Origin: the human T2T-CHM13v2.0 reference genome, Homo sapiens
NCBI RefSeq assembly: GCF_009914755.1
Contig: NC_060928.1
DNA length: 64,000 nt
Direction: 5' to 3' (one strand)
A model generated the notes under the pieces. That model worked only from the letters and a program-made list of their open reading frames with translations. It was not told where the DNA came from and did no database searches. The translations under genes and the position numbers were made by a program. Positions 52,980-64,000 of this stretch are shown in pieces. How positions within the stretch are numbered: position 1 is the first letter of the stretch; every line of letters starts with the position of its first letter.

Positions 52980-55900
52980 AGATCTGATAACTAATCGCAA
53001 AGTAAGAGAATTCCTTGCATTCTAAGCTTTCCCTATTCCTAGTTTTCTTCCTTTCTCCCATCCTTTGGAGAATCAGCATGCTATTGCCCTAAAGTAACAT
53101 GTTTTGATTCACACACATTTTCAAACAAGATCTGGGAGTTAAAGATTTAAAGCCTCTCACACAATTTATATATTTTTATCTGTTTAAGTATTTCTAAATC
53201 TCAAATGCAAATAATGTTTCTTCTACCAGAATAACTTAACATACGAGACAAAGTGATCCAATAAAGGTTAAAAAAATAGGATTTGACTGACAGACCTCAT
53301 GTTATTTTAGGGTACATTTTATAGTGTCCATTTTATAGTGTCATATTACCAGAGGGTTAAACTTGATGTCTATTTCTTTAACCTATGTTGTCATTTAAAA
53401 TATTTATCAATTTTGAAGAGAAAATATGAAACAACTTAACTAAATACATTGTCAAGCTTCAGTTATAGCAATGATGAAGTCATTTCATGTGAGGATGATA
53501 GAGTAGCCAAACTGAATAAAATGAATTTCAAGATTGATCATATTTTTCACAAAACTTTTTCTGCTGTTGTCCTAATGTGCACTTAAGATCTCAGAGAAAC
53601 ATGGTTTTCAAACTGATTTTTCTACCATGAAACTTAGTTGGCCATCCTAATCAGAATATAGTTAAAATCTCACTAGAATTGTTAGCAATTACTATTGAGG
53701 ACATTATTGCTAGTTTTTAATTTAAGTGAGTGTGTGGGGATTGGCTGGCCTGTATCTGGGACCATACCCATTTAAGAATGTGTCACCAAAACACTTGAAA
53801 ATGCTCAGTAGAACTTTTCTAAATTATTGGTTGACAAATAGGAAATAGTTGAGACTTGCTGAACACTGTATGTCAAGCACAATCTTTGTAATTAGCATTT
53901 AGTAGTTATAAAAAAGAAAACTGTCACATAGATATATTAATTTAATAAATATGACATCTCTAGCAAGGATTAATGGAATAGAAACTTGAATTTAGGTTTC
54001 TGGAGACAGGATACTACAGTGAAGCTTATGGATTTTGGAATCTGATTAGGTTATCTCGAACCTAGGATTAGTTACAATCGTGTAAAAGTAAATCAGAGAA
54101 ATTAGTATCTGTATCACATGATCGTTAGAAAATTAAATATATGAAATAAGAATTCAATAAATGATTATGAAACCTTTTATTGATTTGTCAGTCAGGTTCT
54201 TGGTTCTTAACTATTCTACTTACTCTGTGATCCAATGATAAAATTGTTATATGAGGCACTTTTTATAGTCATAATTGTCCATGAAAATATGTGCAAGTTA
54301 GTAAATGGTGCATGTGTAATATCATATAACATGTGGCTACATATCAGATACGGCGTGGATACATCCTATACATCCTATTTCAATGCCAATCCAACCTTAT
54401 TGTGCAATCAGGAATACATTTATTTATGCCTGCTCTTGTGTCCTAGCACTAGTCAGTTTCTCACTGCTCATTTTTCTCACTGTGCATCCTTTCTTTACTC
54501 TCTATACAACATCCCATATATTTTGCACAACAGAAGGTATGTTAAAACGAATGTTCATTAAATACTTCCATGTATATTTTAGCTGCTATTATTCTTAATA
54601 ATAATTCTTATATATACTCTTAATAATAATTCTTAATTCTCCAGATTCATGCAATAAAAAAGAAAACTGTGTTCTCCAAAATGCCTGATGTCTGTGAAAA
54701 CTGTGCCTGTGCAAGCTATTCATGTTGTGTTACACTGATACAAAGAAAGGGTTTTAGAACTTTATCTGGCTTTTGGCAGGGGAGAAAAATATCACTTCTG
54801 AACTGCTTTTGACTTGGTAAATTTCCCACACTGTTGAGATGCATGGAAACTCATCTGACTATGGAAAGCTGTATTGAATGATCTGTAGTATTTTTGATTT
54901 TACTTCCATTGTGTGGGCTACATTTATGCCTGCCCAAATAGAGCTTCCCATTGACCAGAAATATAAACCAAACACAGCATGAGGAAAATTAATGAATTGC
55001 TTATTTTTGTAAACTATTATTTAGGAATATGCACAAATAAATTAGAAAATTTCATCTCTCATCTGTACCTAGAACTTTATGTCTGGGTAATTTAAAAGAA
55101 TAATTGGTATGAAAAATTAAGAACTCCATATACAATTAAGGTCTACAAGAGAATATAAAAAAAGCAACTCCTTATTTTCTCTCAATTACATGAACAAAAT
55201 AAAATTAATCATATGAGGATTAAAGTTTCTCATATCATGTATAAAAACTTGAGAAAAGTCTTTGATCTAATATTAACAATTTTCCGGCGTGAATCAAGCA
55301 CTTTTTTAAAGGGCTTTCATTAACATGAGCTAAAGTTCTAATGACTTTGGAATTTGACTACAGCTGCACAAAAACAAGTCCAAAATGCGTCTTCTAAAAT
55401 AGATGTTTGTGTTCCGTAATTTTTCAGTTCCATCAGACACAAGCACCTTTCAACTAATAAATAAATTGACATTTTCCCTTTTACTATACTAAAATGAAAT
55501 TCAGAGATAAAAATAAACCTTTATGAATCTTATGGCATGGTCACCCTAAAATGTTTAATTGATTAGATGCTTTCACCGGTTTACAGTGAATATATTTTTT
55601 ATTTAAGTTAAAATGCCTAGAAGTTAGTCTTCATGGAAACAAAGGAAAATGAAAAGCAAAGGTAGGTGGGCATTGAAACATAAACATTTATTAGGATAAG
55701 TAATAATAAATTAGACTTACTTGTCTATGATGAGAAAAAGGGTAAAATAAAAAAAGGCCATGCCAAAATGATATATTATTGACTACCAAAGTGAAAAAAT
55801 TAAGGTGTGAAATACCTAGCTCATGTTGTCAACAAAGGTGTTAACATGTTAAACTGAGTATATACCATAAATTGCATATAGATACAGACATAGGTATAAA

Positions 55901-56509
55901 TGTATAGAGATATATAATAAATCAGCAACATTATTCCCAGCTTATTTACTGTTAGTACTGTGGCCTCAAAATTATGCACTTACTGATTGGCTAGATATGA
56001 TGTGCTGAATGAATAAATTCTAATGCTTAGTAGGATCAATAAAATACTTTTATTAGAATTAATCTTTCATCTACATACTGATTTTCTCCTAAATTGTTAG
56101 CCTCTTTGTGAAAGTTCCTGAAAATTTTGTTTTCAGTAATATAATAATTAGATATACAGACACCTAGAATTGAGATAAGTTTTGTCCACAGAATATTTAT
56201 AATTTGTGTGTTCTATGAAGAAAGTATTTGATATGCAGGAGTGTTCTATGCACTGCCTCTGTGGCCTTTGCTCACTAAATACTAGAAGTTTCTTCCCAAT
56301 CAGTAAAAGTGCAAAAATTACAAGTCACAAAAACTAGGTTTTTTTAAAAAAAAAAAGGTGACAGAAAAGTTTGTTCACAAATTGTCAACTCTGTCCTAGT
56401 ACTACACCCTTCCTTTCTTTAGTCAACAGTCTGATTTCATAACAATCTTCCTTTACTCCATTTCTTTTCCTCAGTACGTTCTAGTCTTTTCCTTAACCAG
56501 GGCTCAATG

Positions 56510-56866
56510 TCTTTGCTCCCAAAGACCTTTGCCAAGTTAGCTGCAGGGTTGTCTCCTATTATTCAATCAGATGCCATCTTAAATTCACTTCCTAATAGAG
56601 GCTTTCCTTGGAAAGCCTGTTACCAGTAGCCATCTCACCTCGACCATGTCATTACTCCCCCATCATGTCACTACTCAACTCATTCTGTTTAATTTCTTTT
56701 GCAGCATCTACATTATTTACATCATTTTGTTCCTCCCTCACTGGAATGTAAGCCCTAAGAGGGCATGGACCATCCCTATATTGTTCAGCACTGTCGTCTC
56801 CTCAGTGCCTAGAAGAATGCCTGGCACACAGTAAGTACAAAGATAGGGACCTGAGTGAATGAGTGC
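56510..56866 (+). mobile_element. L2a 3' end
   Basis: ctcactggaatgtaagccctaagagggcatgga...cagtgcctagaagaatgcctggcacacagtaag...gagtgaatgagtg. Confidence 0.8.
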
Positions 56867-57934
56867 ATCTTTTATTCTTCTCTAGAACACATAATCACCA
56901 AGTCCTTTCACAGCTGACCACCACATTCAGGGGCTCTGGTGTCTTGAACTGCTGTTCAGCTTTCATATAGACAAAACGAAAAGCTACATGTGTGGGGATG
57001 GAGGTCTTGTCACAACCTCCAAATTTATTTTAAAGAATAATGTTGACATTCATTTCAAATTCAATTCCTTCACTCTTCAAATGTTTGCCTTATATCTCAT
57101 TAAAATTACTTTAAATTATTTGGATATTTTTCCTAAAAATGTTTATATGGATGAAACCATTAAAAATGTGATTGCTGTGACTTCATCACATTTTTACTTA
57201 ATACTGGTTCTTTTTAATCTTGTTTTAGTATTAAATAATTTCCCCCAAATAAAATAGAAATGTGGTCATTCCTGGTAGTGGACCTGACGTTATCAGATGA
57301 GTTTTCCTCTCCAGATGCCATGGTTTTATGTACTGTAAATGATCTTCTCATTACCAGATGGTATGAGAAAGAAACTGCTTCAGGGAGGTAGATGCTATAG
57401 AAGTCTGTACATTGAGTAGCAATAAAAAAAAGCAAATCTTTGTAAACTAGCCAGCAAAGCATCTTAACACAGCAGTGAGTATTGGGGAATGCAAACAGTG
57501 AACTCGCCATCTGACCAGATGTGGACATTCCTAATGGATGATAAGTTTAATTAACCAATAAAATGTTTTCAATTTAAAGCTTAAAGTGGTGATTATAATG
57601 TTTGTGTTCTTTGCCTAGACAGTACAGCTGAAGCAGAGATACCAAAAAAGCAAATTAGTTTGCAAACCAAATATTTACCAGACTAGCTCTTAATCTAGGC
57701 TATTTTTTATTGTTCTAAAACTTAAGATATGGAGGATGTAGAAAAATTACATGAAAATTGAGACAATTGCTGAAATACATGCTGATAACATTTTGCTTTT
57801 ACTCTACACCTAATTCAAATCATGATTTTAACTGCAGTGGTTCTAAGTATAATTGTATTTTTTGAGTTAAGGACTTTACTTTAATCGTCATTCCATTTTA
57901 TATATTTCTCATTTTAGAGTTGGTTCATTTGCCT

Positions 57935-59018
57935 GTTTTCTGGGTACATGTGATTATTTAATACATTTATACAATTGGTAAAGAAAAAAAATCTATGTAC
58001 TTAGGACATCCATCACATTAAACATTTATCTTTTGTCTATGCTGGAAACATTTGAATTATTCTCTTGTAGCTATTTTTAAATATACAATAGATTATTGTA
58101 AACTATAGTCAACCTACTGATCTATCAAACACTAGGTATTATTTCTTCTATTAAACTGTGTATTTTTACCTATTATCAACTTCCCTTTATTTCCTGTCCC
58201 CTCTACAATTCTTGTCCTCTGGCAACTGTCATTCTACTCTCTTATCTCCATAAAATCATTTCTTTTAGCTCCCACATATGAGTGAGAGCGTGCCATATTT
58301 GTCTTTCTGTGCTTGGATTATTTCACTTAATATAAGGACCTCCAGGTCAATCCATTGGCTGCAAATAACAGGATTTTATTCTTTTAATGGTCCAATAATA
58401 TTACACTGTGTATATATACCACATTTTCTTTCTATTCATCCATTGATGGGCACTTAGGTTGATTTCATATCTTGGCTGTTGTGAATAAATGGTGCTGCAA
58501 TAAACATGGGAGCCAAATATCTTTTAAATGCATTGATTTCTTTTCTTTGTGATATATCCTCAGTAGTGAAATAACTGGAATATATGGTAGTTCTATTTTT
58601 AGTTTTTGAGGACCTGCCATACTGTTCTCCACAGTGGCTGTACTTATTTACGTTTCCACAACAGTGTACAAGGATTCTCCTTTCTCCACATCCTCACTGG
58701 CATCTAAGGTTTCCTTTATGATAAAAGGCATTCCAACTAGGGTGAGATGATATCCAATTGTGCTTTTGATTTGCATTTCTCTGATGATTAGTGATGTTGA
58801 GCATTTTTTCATATACGTGTTTGCCATTTGTATGTCTTCTTTTGAGAAATGTCTATTCAGATCATTTGACCATGTTTTAAATGGATTATTTGGCTTTTTG
58901 CTATTGTGTTGTTAATGCTCCTTGTATATTCTAGTATCAATTCCTTGTCGTATGGGTAGTTTCCACGTATTCTCTCCCATTCTGTGGGTTGTCTCTTCAT
59001 TTTGCTGATTGTTTTCTT
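57935..59018 (-). mobile_element. L1MA3/4-like 3' end
   Basis: gggtacatgtgat...catccatcacattaaacatttatc...ttttagctcccacatatgagtgagag...ttgagaaatgtctattcagatc. Confidence 0.87.
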
Positions 59019-59772
59019 GTAGAAGAGGCATCTATTGCATAACTACTTTTCAAGATGCTCGGTCCCAAATATTTACCCCCTCCTGATTTAGGACACGTAC
59101 ACTTGAATGCTCAACTATTAATGTCAACTTAGCATATGTAAAACTAAATTCAACTTCATCTTTTTCTCTAGACTAGATTCTGTTGCTCATTACTTTCTTC
59201 TATCATTGTCATAGAGAAAAAACTTGAAAAAGACAGTCACTCTTTGACTCCTATGTGCCCCATCCTTATATTTTGCTTGTCATCAGCAGGCTTATCAATC
59301 ATTCTTTTTATCATATATTTTTCATGTATTTATTATGTTTTCTACTCCTAAGCACCTGGTTTGACCTCACTGAAATATCTCTGAACTGCAGAATGAACTT
59401 CGGGCTTTTAATTTTTTAATCTAGAGGAAGTATACTGTTGGCCTAAATCTGATAGTCCTTATTGTCATAGCATTATTATCTTCAAGGACAAAAAATCTTA
59501 TATTTTCCCTCTGAATTGAGTCAAAACTCAGAGATGATTAGGATTCACCTTTATTCATCTTTATCCATTTAACCTCACTTCCAGAAAAACCTCAGTGTGG
59601 ATTAGTATCCAACTAGGAGATCTTACATTTTTACTCCCCTCTACCTTTTTTTAAGCTCCTAAAGATTAAGAAATGCAGTTTAATATATTTCATAGCACTT
59701 AAACATTTAACAGATAAATAATTAATTATAAATAAATTACAGTGCTTTTTGTAAAGTTTTTTTCCTGTTTTT

Positions 59773-59860
59773 CAAATACTAGCAGTAGTAGTGAATATAT
59801 TGAGTTAATTAAAAGCAAATACTAGCAGTAGTAGTGAATATATTGAGTTAATTAAAAGCA
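59773..59860. repeat. Perfect 43-bp tandem duplication
   Basis: CAAATACTAGCAGTAGTAGTGAATATATTGAGTTAATTAAAAG occurs twice, followed by CA. Confidence 0.97.
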
Positions 59861-59904
59861 TAAAGTAAGTAACTTTAATCATCATTCAGTTGGTAGTCTG
59901 CATT

Positions 59905-60000
59905 CAAAATTTAAATATTCAAAAGTATTTATTAATTCTCTATTATGTATCAGGCAGTATTCTAGTCACTAGGAATATAGAAGTAAACAAAACATGGCAA
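59905..60000 (-). mobile_element. L2 3' end fragment
   Basis: ttcaaaagtatttattaattctctattatgtatcaggcagtattctagtcactaggaatatagaagtaaacaaaaca. Confidence 0.65.
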
Positions 60001-60074
60001 GTTGTTGTATCTTAGTATTGCTGTCTACTCTGAGTCCTCATGTCATAATCCAACCCTTGAAATAGGTTGTTAAT

Positions 60075-60275
60075 CATATATGTGAGTGTGTATAATATGT
60101 GTGTATATAATTATATAACCATATAATATAATCATGTAATATAATTATATTATCATATAATTCTATACACATATTATATACACACATATAAATATAAATA
60201 TAATTATAATGTATAATTATACATATTACATTATATAATTGTATTATATTGTATATATGTTGTATATATGTGATG

Positions 60276-60309
<34 letters not shown>
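60075..60309. repeat. TA-rich low-complexity tract ending in (CA)n
   Basis: Directly visible. Confidence 0.92.
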
Positions 60310-60312
<3 letters not shown>

Positions 60313-63069
60313 TTTTGAAAAGATTCAAGACAATGAGAAGACCCACAGGAAAGATTTTTATCTAAATATTGTTATGGCTCTTGCTTGATGTTAATTAATA
60401 AATTTTCCATCTTTTAAAATACATATTTTACATAAAACACATGTGTATACACACTCATATATACACACACATACATTTTTCTTAATTCTATAACAAAGAA
60501 ACTGACAAAGGAGCTTTTCTGGTCCACCCCATCCTTTATACTGACCATGCATACTTCATTCAGCAGCTCAGCAGTGTGTCATGAAAGATCCTCAGCTGTC
60601 ACTTCATTTTCTTATGTTAAAATTAATCTGCAAACCCAGACCCCATATCTTAGATAATCATGGTCTGAAGCTGTTTTCTTTACCTGGTTTTAATGTAAGT
60701 ATTCAGTGTTAAATTCTTTTTTACATAAATGCCTATACAATTTTACTGTAATTTCTATATCATAACAATGTAAACACAGGCATTTGTACTTCACTTTCTC
60801 ACCAGTGCATGTTACTTTTCATATTCTCATTACAATCCACCAGTCTTTATAAAGTTGTCATAGAAATTAAAATATTATGCAATGACTACCTTGAATAATG
60901 ATCACGAATGACAATTCTGAAAATATGCTACGAAAAGATGACAATGAATTCAGAGACTGGAATGCAAAGTGCTCTAGATGGGCACATAATACATGAATTT
61001 GGATCTATATCAATATTAAATTTTATTTGACATCTCTGAATTTATTATGGAAAAAGATATCATATTTATTCAATTAACTTGTTTGAGAGCTATTCTTCCT
61101 TATCAGTATCTTCTTAATTAGAACAAAATCAAATACTCACAGTACTCATTCTAATCATTGTGGAATCTTCCTACATTTTTAAACTCAAACTGCCTCCATT
61201 CTGATCCAATTTTCTTCTGGGTATACATTTTAGGGCCTGTAATCCTACGAATATCATTTCCTCTGGTCGCTTAATTTGAATGTGAACTTATTTGAAATTT
61301 TAAAATTTCAATTTATAAAATATATTTTATTTTTCCTTCTTTCCGACTCTAAGTACCTTATGTGGTGCACGTGAAATTAATTCCAGCTCTGTCCTCAAAG
61401 CAGAGTCAATGTCTGCATACTGTCCAGACTAATCTTGGCTCCTAAGAGGGCAAGGGATTTAGAAAATCAATTAAAATACTAAAATGGTTAATTTTATTCT
61501 TTAGAAGAAAATTACTGTGCTCTCCATTAACTGGATATACCTTTTACAATTAAGTATACAGAAGAGTATAAATGGTTTCAAATACTAAATTTCCTTATCC
61601 AAGGTAAACTTTTCATAAAGTTAGTATGTTTTAATCATAGATATTTTTGACATAAATGTGAACATTAATAATGTTAGTATACATGATGAGCCTATACAGT
61701 GCTATTTGGGACCCACGTATTCTCCTGAGGAAAAAAAAAATTAAGACAATTGGGAGCCCCCAGGAAAGATTTTTATATCTAAATATTGTTATGACTCTTG
61801 CTTGATGTTAATTATTAGATTTGCAATCTTCGAAAATATTTCTGAATATGATCAATTTTCATTTTAAATTAAGTTATTGCCATAAGTAAAAATTCATTGA
61901 TACTATTACATAGGCTAGGATACTAAAACACAAACAAATGTTTTAATGTAAAGTGAGCTTATGGTCTAATTTGAAAAGCACAATATGTATTAAAAAAAGA
62001 AGAAAAATCACCAAGAGAACTATTTCTCATGTCAATGATTGTTTTTTAAGATGTGATAGAGATATTCCTAGAACAAATGTATTAGTGGTTCAGTTGCACA
62101 GGAAGGGAAGGCCTCATTCAATTTTGAAGTGAGCCTTGAAGGAACAGTTATCCTTAGATTAAAAAGAGAGGGGGGGAATTTTAGGCAGTAGAATGTTTAA
62201 ACAGTGGAAACTGCTATGTATAATAGCTCGAAATGGGATTGAACATTATTTATTTATTTGAAATGACTTGCCTTTTAACAAGTTTGGATATATGTTTTAA
62301 AAATATTAAAAATATGAATTGAACATCTCAAATTTTTCTCAGGTCGGTCTCATTTCATCAAATCAGTTTCCACACTGATACATGTGGTTAGGTTTATCTG
62401 TGACACTAAAGTAGAAACTTAAAGATAATATTTTTAAAAGGAACTGTTATTGTCATTTTGAGGTAGAAAAGTCCTTTGAATTTGAAGGGAACAAAAATGA
62501 AAAGAATATTTAACTGCTAAGGTTGAGATCAAGGTGTTAGTATCTTCGTTTTCAACTCTACCTTTTCTCTTTGTTGTCATCATACCGTGTTCCATTCTCT
62601 TCTCTTTTCAATCAAGCTTTTTGTAAGCTCTGCGAACATAAAAATGTTGATAGAAGTCATGAGTCTACACAATATTGTAATGTGGGCTCCATGTACTCAT
62701 CAAATACAAAGAATTCAAAAAAATTAAATTCCCATACTGATTTTCAATCTAGAGGGTCAATTCTGATGCTATGCCTAAACAATATGCTATAATCAAACAG
62801 TTAAAATCAGAAACAAGATTGCAAATTGTTCTTGGATTGCACAGTATTATATAGTTAGGACTTAAAATACATATTATTTTTGTGTTCAGAATGTATGCTG
62901 TAAAATATATAATCGCTATCATACAAGCTCCAGTATATTAACTTTTTCAGACCCTTGGACCTAAGTTTCAGAACAGTAGTGGATAGCTGCTGAAAAGAAA
63001 TACGTGCTAACAAAATTAAAGCAACATTTGTATATAGAGCAAATTTAAAATAAAACGATGATAAATAAA

Positions 63070-63760
63070 ATTTGGGGGGATGATGAAATGTTCTAAAATT
63101 AGTGATAATTGTTGCATAACTAAATACACCAAAAACTGATAAATTGTATACCTTAAAAGCATGACTTTTATATTAGTCAGGGTTCTCTCTAGCAGGACAG
63201 GTGTAAAAGAATAGATGTAAATATGAAAGGGACTTTATTAAGGAGTATTGACTCACATGATCACAAGGTGAAGTCACACAATAGGCCATCTACAAGCTGA
63301 GGAGAACAAGGAAGCCAGTCTGAGTCCCAAAACCTCAAAAGTAGGGAAGCCAATAGTGCAGCCTTCAGTGTGTGGCCAAAGGTCCAAGAGACCCTGGCAA
63401 ACCATTGGTATAGATCCAGAATCCAAAAGCTGAAGAACTCGGAGTCCGATGTTAAAGGGCAGGAAGCATCTAGCACAGGAGAAAGATGGAGGCCAGAAGA
63501 CTCAGCTAGTCTACTTCTTCCATATTCCTCTGCCTACTTTTATTCTAGCTGTGCTGGCAGCTGATTAGATGGTGTCCACCCAGATTGAGGGTGGGTCTGC
63601 CTCTCCCAGCCCACTGACTCAAATGTTAATCTCCTTTGGCAACACTCTCACAGACGCACCCAAGACCAATACTTTGCATCCTTTAATCCAATCGAGTTGA
63701 CAGTCAATATTAACCATCACAACTTTTATGATGTATACATTTTATCTCAAGAAAGCTGTT
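63070..63760 (+). mobile_element. Old L1 (L1MB/MC/ME) 3' terminus split by MLT2A2
   Basis: ggggggatgatgaaatgttctaaaattag...aattgtataccttaaaagcatgacttt | tatgatgtatacattttatctcaagaaagctgtt. Confidence 0.7.
63169..63721 (-). mobile_element. MLT2A2-like HERVL solo LTR
   Basis: Complete LTR (tattagtcagggttctctc...aatattaaccatcaca) with a perfect 5-bp TSD ACTTT (63164-63168, 63722-63726). Confidence 0.93.
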
Positions 63761-64000
63761 ATACAGAAAAAGAACAGTACCAATAACAACAGCCAGAAGC
63801 AGTAGCACAGCATATCCAGTTTCTGGCTAAATTTACTTGATGGGACCTAAAAAAATTACACAACAGGTCTAGTAGTCCAACTGTGATGCAATACTTACCA
63901 TTCTGGTATCTTTTTTCTCCTCTTTATCATGTTGTAATCCCTAAAGTAAAATGATTTTGTTAGGTTGATTGGTTACTATCTGAAATGTCTTGCTTTATCC

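Noticed and set aside
53315-53342. 14-bp tandem duplication CATTTTATAGTGTC x2 (and similar micro-duplications near 520, 7770 and 52190)
   Set aside because: These are ordinary slippage products with no further structure.
60074-60346. 90-aa Y/I/C-rich ORF
   Set aside because: It is a translation of TA/CA low-complexity sequence.

Overview
This is AT-rich primate (human-like) non-coding genomic DNA, either intergenic or deep intronic. The evidence is AluJ/AluS SINEs, L1PA/L1PB/L1MA/L1MB LINEs, MaLR/ERVL/ERV1 solo LTRs, Tigger/mariner/hAT DNA transposons and L2/MIR relics. I found no intact protein-coding gene, RNA gene, CpG island or CRISPR array. The ORFs I could assign are decayed L1 ORF1/ORF2, Alu, LTR or low-complexity read-throughs, and the rest match nothing I recognise. 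The most notable structures are: (i) a ~10.6 kb composite L1 (2232-12816) with a 113-bp 5'UTR array, a duplicated ORF2 segment and a younger L1 inserted at the homologous position; (ii) two 5'-inverted (twin-primed-like) old L1s; (iii) a ~53-nt retroposed insert with an A-tail and a 19-bp TSD; (iv) a convergent pair of MLT2A LTRs that appear to share variants; (v) a long Tigger4 transposase relic; and (vi) several non-TE duplications and a perfect hairpin. I did not find a convincing new biological system. Repeat subfamily names come from recalled consensus sequences and need RepeatMasker/Dfam confirmation. Boundaries of old repeats are approximate.
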